Below are positions 57,410-64,000 of a stretch of 64,000 bases of DNA, piece after piece (the stretch's first letter is position 1; every line of letters begins with the position of its first letter). The notes beneath the pieces are model-generated. The model was not told the origin of the DNA, did not search any database, and was given only the letters and a program-made list of their open reading frames with translations. The translations under genes were made by a program, and so were the position numbers. The stretch comes from Candidatus Dojkabacteria bacterium (GTDB lineage: Bacteria > Patescibacteriota > Dojkabacteria > SC72): the NCBI GenBank assembly GCA_050950145.1, contig JBMNHB010000001.1:492820-556819 (forward strand). Direction: 5' to 3'.

Positions 57410-58670
57410 CATGTACATATTTTGTAGTCGTATTTAAGCTAGAATGTCCTAAAAGAACCTGTAAAGCAACAGGACTAGCACCTTCTTCAGCTAAGTAAGT
57501 AGCAAAACCATGCCTTAAGCTATGTGCAGATGTTGGTATCTGAATACCTAACTTTCTCCTGTACTGTGCAATTTTCTCTTGAAAATAATTTATAGACAAT
57601 CTTTCAGAATGTTTACCATCTCTACCACCAGAGAAAGGTATAAAGAGGGCAGGGGACTCAAATTTTTCCAAATATCCACTTTCTCTGTACTTCTCTACAA
57701 TCCTAATATATTTCAAACTATCATCAAACATCTCCAATGTCAGATCAGAAGGTTTGTCATTTTCATCCTCACCTTCTAAAGTTTCACGCTCAGTAGTGAA
57801 ACTTTCTGATTCTTTCTTTTTCTCTTCTCCAGTATTAGCAAACCTCAACCTTATCTTAAGATAGTTATTAAGCCACAAAAGACTTCTTGGTGTCATGAAT
57901 ACTGTACGCTCTTTTTTTCCTTTACCTAAAATATATAGCTTTCCTTCAGCATTAATATCCTTTAAATCAAGACTCATAAGCTCAGAAATACGCATACCAG
58001 TAGCAAATAACATCTCTAACATACATCTATTTCGCAATGCAACTTTCTCATCTTTCTCAAACTCCATTGGACACTCAATCAACTTTATCAATTCCTCCTT
58101 AGATGCGACCTTCTTAATACGTTTCTCAGCTTTCATCATTCCAATAGCATCTGGTGGCATTGGAATATCTAAATCCCATTCAATTCTAAACTTCAAAAAC
58201 GATCTCAAAGCTGACAACATTCTATTAATACTGTTCGGATCCAAACCTGAATTTTTCTTAGCAGTATTTCTAGGACGACTTGTGATTCCTAAGCTGCCAT
58301 ATACCTTTCTGTATATGTCAGAGAGAAATCCATCCTCAAATTTAGGTGTACTTACACCAGTCAAATCATTCACAGGCCTCTGAGAGCCTCCTAGCGCTTT
58401 GTGCTCATTTAACCCCGATATATCAATGTTTTTTGTATATTCCTCCCTAATTTTATCCAAATCTTTAAGATGTTGACCTGCAATTAAGTACCCTTTGTAT
58501 GCACTAATATCTTTTTTAGTTACTTTCATAAAGGGAGTATTTCTAAAGTGTAAAAACACAGCAAAAATACAAAGATCTCTAGCATAGTTTAATATGGTCT
58601 GAGTACTGTAGTTGTTATTCTGTAGATTAACTAAGAAGTCATCTTGATCATCTAGTTTTGGTATTTCCAT
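57357..58670 (-). CDS. Tyrosine site-specific recombinase (XerC/XerD-like, with central insertion)
   Basis: C-terminal HSLRHGFATYLAEEGASPVALQVLLGHSSLNTTTKYVH (R...HxxR...Y catalytic motifs). An N-terminal core-binding domain is present. Confidence 0.8.
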   Translation of the reverse strand: MEIPKLDDQDDFLVNLQNNNYSTQTILNYARDLCIFAVFLHFRNTPFMKVTKKDISAYKGYLIAGQHLKDLDKIREEYTKNIDISGLNEHKALGGSQRPVNDLTGVSTPKFEDGFLSDIYRKVYGSLGITSRPRNTAKKNSGLDPNSINRMLSALRSFLKFRIEWDLDIPMPPDAIGMMKAEKRIKKVASKEELIKLIECPMEFEKDEKVALRNRCMLEMLFATGMRISELMSLDLKDINAEGKLYILGKGKKERTVFMTPRSLLWLNNYLKIRLRFANTGEEKKKESESFTTERETLEGEDENDKPSDLTLEMFDDSLKYIRIVEKYRESGYLEKFESPALFIPFSGGRDGKHSERLSINYFQEKIAQYRRKLGIQIPTSAHSLRHGFATYLAEEGASPVALQVLLGHSSLNTTTKYVHASEKFAEETVKEHHPLK

Positions 58671-59112
58671 AATATATATTAACAGTAAAAGTTAAATTTG
58701 AAAATCAGAGTAGGGGGCCATTTTTTTGAATTTTGAGATAGGAGAGAAATATGGGTAGGAATAATATAAAGAATGGAAAGAACAGATAGAAGTATTGATT
58801 GAGATGAATAAGGAGATGATGATAAGAATGGCATTATCAAAGGTTTTCTAAATTTAATATATCCATACCGCATATAAGGGTGATTATACTCGGTGACATG
58901 TTCTAGAATTGTAACATATATCTGGTGAGAGTAGAACCCCCTCCCACCAGGTACACATATATCAACTCTTGAATCATCTCCATTCTTCTATCAAACACAC
59001 AACGAAATCTTTTTATTAAGTATATTAGCAATTACTTATCCACACTGATTACTATGGGTTGTGAAACACTATGGGTTCTCAGGTCTAGCAACCCCCTACT
59101 CCCCTATGCTAC

Positions 59113-59937
59113 CTATCCCTTTATATTAAAAAACAAAATAAGGAAAAGAATAAGGATTAATAAGAATATATAACGATTAAAGTATTCTACATAACCATTA
59201 AATAACTTCTCGTGTGTCACTGTATTCACACTTAAATAGTACCCTACTACTGGTACAAATGAGATAATTTCATGAAAGTTGCCTGAAAATACTACAGCAA
59301 CAAGCAAAACAGACATTATCAATGCTGTAATCAAAGATTTTCGTAACAATTCAGCCCCATCTATTTCAATATTAATATAATGTAGAAGAGAGATAATAAA
59401 GTATAGAAAAACTATTGAGGGGAAAATAATATATACTGGTAAACCACTAATAAGGAAGGCAAAAGTAAAAGCATAGACCATAAAGATAGAAGAAAGGTAA
59501 GAGATTGTTCTTCCTACCTGTGCTAAAGGTATAGGTTTAAACTGATTAACATTTAGAGTATTAACCATAAGAAAGACAAAATAGTCAGCAAAGAATACCA
59601 CTATGATCAAAAGAAGAAGAATAAAAGCTTCATATATTCTATTAAACTTCTGAAAGAAGAAGAAATCTATAAACAAAGATTGAGAAAGAACAAATAATGA
59701 AGCTTGAGTAATAAATAGCATAGATTTCTTTTTAACCTGAAAACTCAAAGAAAAGAGTAAACCTACAAACACCCCTACAAAATACAAACCTCCATCAAGA
59801 AATACTCTCCATATTGGCAAACTCTCTCTGGCAATAATTTTGTAAATAAACATAGAAAGTGCAACAATAGCAGCAAGAAGGAGCAACTTACCTCTTTTTT
59901 CATTGTCTACATTTGATTCATCTCTTCTCATTCTCAA
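59113..59937 (-). CDS. Hypothetical polytopic membrane protein
   Basis: 7-8 predicted TM helices. It overlaps the ruvB start by 20 nt. Confidence 0.35.
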   Translation of the reverse strand: MRMRRDESNVDNEKRGKLLLLAAIVALSMFIYKIIARESLPIWRVFLDGGLYFVGVFVGLLFSLSFQVKKKSMLFITQASLFVLSQSLFIDFFFFQKFNRIYEAFILLLLIIVVFFADYFVFLMVNTLNVNQFKPIPLAQVGRTISYLSSIFMVYAFTFAFLISGLPVYIIFPSIVFLYFIISLLHYINIEIDGAELLRKSLITALIMSVLLVAVVFSGNFHEIISFVPVVGYYLSVNTVTHEKLFNGYVEYFNRYIFLLILILFLILFFNIKG

Positions 59938-60958
59938 TAGATTCTAGATATTTTAAACCTTTCTGTGTAAGTACTCTACCCCTACTTGTGCGCTTGATAA
60001 AACCACATTTCATAAGGTATGGTTCATGTACATCAGAAACTGTTCCTTCATCTTCAGAAATCGAAGCTGCAAGTGTAGATACCCCTACTGGACCACCAGC
60101 AAAATTATTCAAAAGAGTAAAAAGTATCTCCCTATCTATCTTCTCTAACCCCATCCTATCTATTCCGAGTAAATTCATTGTCTTTTTTACTGTTTCCATT
60201 GTAATACTACCCTCTTTCTTACTCTCTGCATAGTCTCTACACCTTCTAAGAAGTCTTAACCCTACTCTAGCAGTACCTCGGGAAATAGTAGCAAGAGAGC
60301 TAAGAGCATCATCATCAATCTCAATATTCCATAGTCTACAAGCCCTTTTTAGAATCTCAACTAAATCACCTTCAGAGAAGAAGTCCAGCCTCTGTATTAA
60401 CCCAAACCTATCTCTCATAGGAGAGCTAATCTTACCAATTTGTGTTGTTGCACCAATTAAAGTAAATGGTTCAAGACTTAATCTAATCGTCTTTGCAGTT
60501 GGTCCTTTACCCATTACAATATCTAACATACCATCTTCCATAGCTGGATAAAGAATCTCCTCTACTACCTTAGGTAATCTATGAATTTCATCTATGAAAA
60601 TTACATCATTTTTTTTCAAGCCTGTTAATATCGCTGCCAAATCACCCTGCCTTTCAATTGCAGGTCCTGATGTAATCTTAATAGATGCTCCTACTTCATT
60701 AGCAATAGCTACAGCAAATGTTGTTTTACCAAGCCCTGGAGGACCATAGAAGAGGATATGATCAATAACTTCCTTTCTTCTCCTTGCAGAATTGATCATA
60801 ATTTTAAGGGTTTCCTTTTCTAGTTCTCTACCAATAATTTCATCTAATTTACTTGGTCTAATTTTCTCCTCATACTGTACAATAGATGCTTTACTATCAT
60901 CCTTTTTAGGATGTTTACTTTTTTTGTTTAGGGATTTCTCCTTACTTGACTCAATCAT
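59918..60958 (-). CDS. ruvB: Holliday junction branch migration helicase RuvB
   Basis: ILFYGPPGLGKTTFAVAIANE and IFIDEIHRL are AAA+ RuvB motifs, and a winged-helix C-terminus is present. Confidence 0.9.
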   Translation of the reverse strand: MIESSKEKSLNKKSKHPKKDDSKASIVQYEEKIRPSKLDEIIGRELEKETLKIMINSARRRKEVIDHILFYGPPGLGKTTFAVAIANEVGASIKITSGPAIERQGDLAAILTGLKKNDVIFIDEIHRLPKVVEEILYPAMEDGMLDIVMGKGPTAKTIRLSLEPFTLIGATTQIGKISSPMRDRFGLIQRLDFFSEGDLVEILKRACRLWNIEIDDDALSSLATISRGTARVGLRLLRRCRDYAESKKEGSITMETVKKTMNLLGIDRMGLEKIDREILFTLLNNFAGGPVGVSTLAASISEDEGTVSDVHEPYLMKCGFIKRTSRGRVLTQKGLKYLESIENEKR

Positions 60959-61539
60959 TAGTTTTTAATCACTTCTTTAATTAATTCTTCAGCAGTAATA
61001 TCTTTGTTCTTCTTTACAATATCTTCAGCTAATTTAATTTTTTCTTTGATAGAGGTTGTATCAAAACCAAGTGTTTTAAGAGCACCTTTTACATCTTTGA
61101 GTAATGTAGAATCTTCTTCTGAAGTCTTAGTTAGATCAACTATTCCTCTTAGTTCAATAATGATCTTTTGAGCTCTCTTCATACCTAAACCTGGTACTTT
61201 ACTTAGACTTCTTGCATCTCCCTCCTCTATTAACCCTTCTAATTCATCTCTTGAGAATGCAGATAATATAGACATACCAATCTTAGGTCCTACTCCTGAT
61301 ACTTGGATTAATTGTTCAAAAAAATTCCTTTCATTTTCATTAGTAAAACCATACAATGCTTGGGTGTCTTCTCTTACATGAAAGTGAGTAAAAAGTGAGT
61401 ACTCTTCTCCTATTGCAGGTATTATATATGAACTTGGTACTGATATTCTGTATCCTACTCCACCATTTGTTAATATGTCTACATATGTATCCTTAGATAC
61501 AACTATTTTCTGAATAGTTCCTGTTATGTATGATATCAT
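60958..61539 (-). CDS. ruvA: Holliday junction DNA-binding protein RuvA
   Basis: MISYITGTI...GVGYRISVP (OB domain) and the HhH motifs GVGPKIGMSIL. Confidence 0.85.
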   Translation of the reverse strand: MISYITGTIQKIVVSKDTYVDILTNGGVGYRISVPSSYIIPAIGEEYSLFTHFHVREDTQALYGFTNENERNFFEQLIQVSGVGPKIGMSILSAFSRDELEGLIEEGDARSLSKVPGLGMKRAQKIIIELRGIVDLTKTSEEDSTLLKDVKGALKTLGFDTTSIKEKIKLAEDIVKKNKDITAEELIKEVIKN

Positions 61540-61560
61540 ACCTACATTATACTATATTCT

Positions 61561-62070
61561 TTAAGAGGATGTACTATTAGCTATCTTCTTCTCCCTAGAC
61601 ACCAACACCTCTGTTGCAATTGCAATAGCTATAGCATCTGCAGCATCATCTGGCTTAGGTAACTCATCCATACCACATAACATCTTAACAGCTTCTTGTA
61701 CTTGCTTTTTATCAGCCTTACCATATCCTGTTACAGTACTCTTTACTTGTAATGGTGTCATTTCAGAAAGAGGTAAGTTAGATTGTTCTAAAGCTAAAAG
61801 AACTACACCTCTAGCCTCACCTACCGATATCGCTGTTTTTTGATTATTGTAAAAAAGAAGTGTTTCCATACCAGCATACTCTGGTTTATACTTCCTAACT
61901 AACTCTAATACATCTTGATATATCTCACATAGTCTTTCTGATACAGTAAGACCCTTTTTAGTAGTAATACAACCATAATCTAAAACATGAGGTTTTGAAT
62001 CATTATCAAACTCTACAACAGACCAACCTGTTGTAGCTAATCCTGGATCTATACCTATTATTCTAATCAT
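61561..62070 (-). CDS. ruvC: Crossover junction endodeoxyribonuclease RuvC
   Basis: MIRIIGIDPGLATTGWSVVE is the RuvC N-terminal catalytic Asp motif, and the protein is 169 aa. Confidence 0.85.
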   Translation of the reverse strand: MIRIIGIDPGLATTGWSVVEFDNDSKPHVLDYGCITTKKGLTVSERLCEIYQDVLELVRKYKPEYAGMETLLFYNNQKTAISVGEARGVVLLALEQSNLPLSEMTPLQVKSTVTGYGKADKKQVQEAVKMLCGMDELPKPDDAADAIAIAIATEVLVSREKKIANSTSS

Positions 62071-62093
62071 ACTTTATTTTACCATAAGACAAC

Positions 62094-62115
62094 CCTCAAC
62101 ACAGACCTGGTCTGT
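62094..62115 (-). promoter_or_regulatory. Palindrome ACAGACCaGGTCTGT (minus-strand reading) followed after 1-2 nt by a -35-like TTGAGG upstream of ruvC
   Basis: Palindrome 62101-62115 and -35-like at 62094-62099 (minus strand). The candidate -10 TAAAGT directly abuts the ruvC ATG, which implies a leaderless transcript or a different -10. Confidence 0.4.
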
Positions 62116-62272
62116 TGATTTTGTCTCTTCTAGAAAGCCTTTAAGGGTGTTTTTCACCACTTTTTAATCTTACTACAGGTAATAAATTCAATCAAAAGAA
62201 GATTTCTCCTAACAATATTTTATTGAAAACTGTAAAAGACAAAGAAAACATAAATGGGAGAAGGTAAAACTG

Positions 62273-62286
62273 ACAGACCAGGTCTG
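62273..62286. repeat. Palindrome ACAGACCaGGTCTG, 10 nt downstream of the yebC stop (minus strand), followed by a T-run
   Basis: Fourth copy of the CAGACCnGGTCTG motif. On the minus strand it reads CCCAGACCtGGTCTGTCAGTTTT and could be a weak terminator hairpin. Confidence 0.5.
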
Positions 62287-62295
62287 GGTTGTACC

Positions 62296-63075
62296 CTACT
62301 CCAAATCACTCCAAACATTCTGTACATCATCATGATCTTCTAACTTCTCAATAGCAGCATTAACCTTCTCTAATTCTTCTCCTTCTAATTTCTTTAAAAC
62401 ATTAGCTTCTTTAATAAGCTCTGCCTCTTTCATAACATAACCTAACTTATTAATACTATCTCTTACAGAACCAAAACTATCATATTTAGTATATATAGCT
62501 AAACCTTTCTTACCATCATCCTCATACTCATGAATATCTAAAACACCTGGTAGATCCATAATATTAAGTTCTACCTCCTCTGGATTATCTTCTACATATT
62601 TATCTTCCTCTCCATACTTCTCTGTCTCCTCCATATGTCCACACAATATTTCAAAGTATCCCTTAGTCTCAAAATTCCATGATACAGAACCTACATCACC
62701 CATCTTTCCCCCTATCTCATCAAAAAGCTGTCTTAGATCGGCCACCGTCCTATTCTTATTATCCGTAAGTACATCAACAACTAACTGTACATCATGAGGA
62801 CCAAATCCCTCATATGTAATCTCTTCAATGATAACACCATCACTACCCTCCCCTGTACCTTTTTTAATTGCTTTTTCAATATTATCATTAGAAAAACCAA
62901 CAGCCTTAGCTTTATCAATATACAATCTTAATGTAGGATTCATAGTTGGATCACCACCACCCTGTTTAGCTGCATGTGTTATCTGTACAGATACTTTAGA
63001 GAAAGATTTACCCTTCTTAGCATCATTAATAGCTTTTTTATGTTTAATTGTATCCCATTTAGAATGTCCTGACAT
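62296..63075 (-). CDS. yebC: YebC/PmpR-family transcriptional regulator (TACO1 homolog)
   Basis: MSGHSKWDTIKHKKAINDAKKGKSFSKVSVQI is the hallmark YebC N-terminus, and the three-domain length matches. Confidence 0.85.
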   Translation of the reverse strand: MSGHSKWDTIKHKKAINDAKKGKSFSKVSVQITHAAKQGGGDPTMNPTLRLYIDKAKAVGFSNDNIEKAIKKGTGEGSDGVIIEEITYEGFGPHDVQLVVDVLTDNKNRTVADLRQLFDEIGGKMGDVGSVSWNFETKGYFEILCGHMEETEKYGEEDKYVEDNPEEVELNIMDLPGVLDIHEYEDDGKKGLAIYTKYDSFGSVRDSINKLGYVMKEAELIKEANVLKKLEGEELEKVNAAIEKLEDHDDVQNVWSDLE

Positions 63076-63197
63076 ATACTAGTAATGTTATATTACTAAC
63101 ATTATTCTAACACAAAGGATATGGTTTGAAAAGAAGATATGGAACTCTTTATACCTATCACAATACAAAGAGTTCCAACCTAGAACAAAGGTTTTTT

Positions 63198-63779
63198 CTA
63201 TCTTTCTTGATACCACCTGGCAATTTCGCTTAAGATTCTTTCCACAACGGTGTAGTAGGATACAATCCTGGAAACTGCTACCGATAGAACAGTTGGAAGT
63301 ATACCAAAAGCACAATAATCGTGAAGGTTTTGAACAATCAGATAAGAAATATCTGAAAGTAACCATTCAATATCCTCCAACTCATCCTTTTTATCTCCAT
63401 CTATAACTACTTTATTATGTTCTTGAGTCATAAAAATCATACCATTGCCTACAACCCGAACCTCAAGAACATATCCCTGAACTGAAAGAAAAATAATAAT
63501 CCCTTTGGGAATTTGTTCTTTAGAAATTGTTTCTACAAGCTGATAGGTTGTCTCTAAGTTGCCATTTTCAAGTCTAATATAGACTTCACCATTTCCTGCT
63601 TCAATGGCACACACAGTCTCTATTGTCTCAAGAAAAGCTATCAGAGACTTCCTACATCCCTTGTTTAAGGATAATATTAAAACAACACCTTCGGTAAATA
63701 CAATCACTGGCAAGTTTACTACTTTCAAAATATCTGCACATTCCCTCATTTTTTCTTTTTGAAACTCGGAATTATCCAT
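63198..63779 (-). CDS. Hypothetical protein (possible tandem roadblock/LC7-like fold, very tentative)
   Basis: ORF with two internally similar about 90-aa halves. No confident motif. Confidence 0.25.
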   Translation of the reverse strand: MDNSEFQKEKMRECADILKVVNLPVIVFTEGVVLILSLNKGCRKSLIAFLETIETVCAIEAGNGEVYIRLENGNLETTYQLVETISKEQIPKGIIIFLSVQGYVLEVRVVGNGMIFMTQEHNKVVIDGDKKDELEDIEWLLSDISYLIVQNLHDYCAFGILPTVLSVAVSRIVSYYTVVERILSEIARWYQER

Positions 63780-64000
63780 ACTTTTCTCCTTTGCCTTTCG
63801 GCTTTTTTATTTTTTGGTACACTTCTGTGCCTAATACAACCCTCAATAAAACATATATTAAGAATCATATAGAGCACAAAAGGTATTAAATAAAACCAAG
63901 AAATATAATAAGAAAAAAACCTTTGTTGTTAATGAACAATACCTACATACTAAGATAATAGATATCTATATTCATCATAACATTCTATGGGATTATATTC

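Noticed and set aside
57357-58670. Integrase marking a prophage or integrative element next to a tRNA
   Set aside because: The only tRNA (12539-12615) is 45 kb away. No phage structural, terminase or replication genes flank the recombinase. It is more consistent with a chromosomal Xer-type recombinase with an insertion.
62071-62076. Calling TAAAGT a confident -10 for ruvC
   Set aside because: It abuts the ATG, leaving no leader. It is kept only as a tentative observation within the palindrome finding.

Overview
This is a 64-kb low-GC (about 30% by eye), gene-dense bacterial chromosome segment using the standard genetic code. Several features suggest a Candidate Phyla Radiation (Patescibacteria) or Saccharibacteria-like lineage: shortened housekeeping proteins (341-aa trigger factor, 226-aa delta-prime-like subunit), weak Shine-Dalgarno sites, a complete type IV pilus cluster and two sortases. 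This taxonomic reading is an inference.

Housekeeping content:
- hisS (5'-partial), mutS, trigger factor plus clpP, tRNA-Val(GAC), a Dus tRNA-dihydrouridine synthase.
- A ClpC-like ATPase, and the rpmF-nusB-rnc-rpsP operon with a KH-domain protein (rpmF is missed by the ORF track).
- holB-like, gyrB and gyrA (with two unknown genes inserted between gyrB and gyrA), ruvCAB and yebC, and a Xer-type tyrosine recombinase.

Accessory content:
- An IS200-like REP-associated tyrosine transposase (RAYT) flanked by perfect 23-bp REP inverted repeats, plus a second, empty REP doublet next to a GC-richer Old-Yellow-Enzyme-type oxidoreductase gene.
- A 12-gene pilMNO / pilin / pilD / pilA / pilC / pilT / pilB cluster.
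- An AbiEi/AbiEii abortive-infection pair, a VanY-type carboxypeptidase, and two sortases with small C-terminally anchored candidate substrates.
- Two GT2 glycosyltransferases, a 1225-aa polytopic membrane protein, a NYN-domain protein and a Cys-rich secreted protein.

The most unusual non-coding signals are:
1. A 13-bp palindrome CAGACCnGGTCTG that occurs four times, always intergenic, three times 1-2 nt upstream of a sigma70-like -35 hexamer; it shares its GGTCTG/CAGACC core with the REP sequence.
2. Three paralogous promoter-hairpin-T-run modules (TTGTTA-17-TATACT followed by covarying terminator hairpins) around the NYN gene; these may be tiny sRNAs.
3. Two tandem consensus promoters (TTGATA-17-TATAAT) upstream of the Cys-rich protein gene.

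No rRNA, CRISPR array or prophage structural module was seen. All calls are made by eye from the translation and sequence without database searches, and manually counted coordinates of non-ORF features may be off by 1-2 nt.
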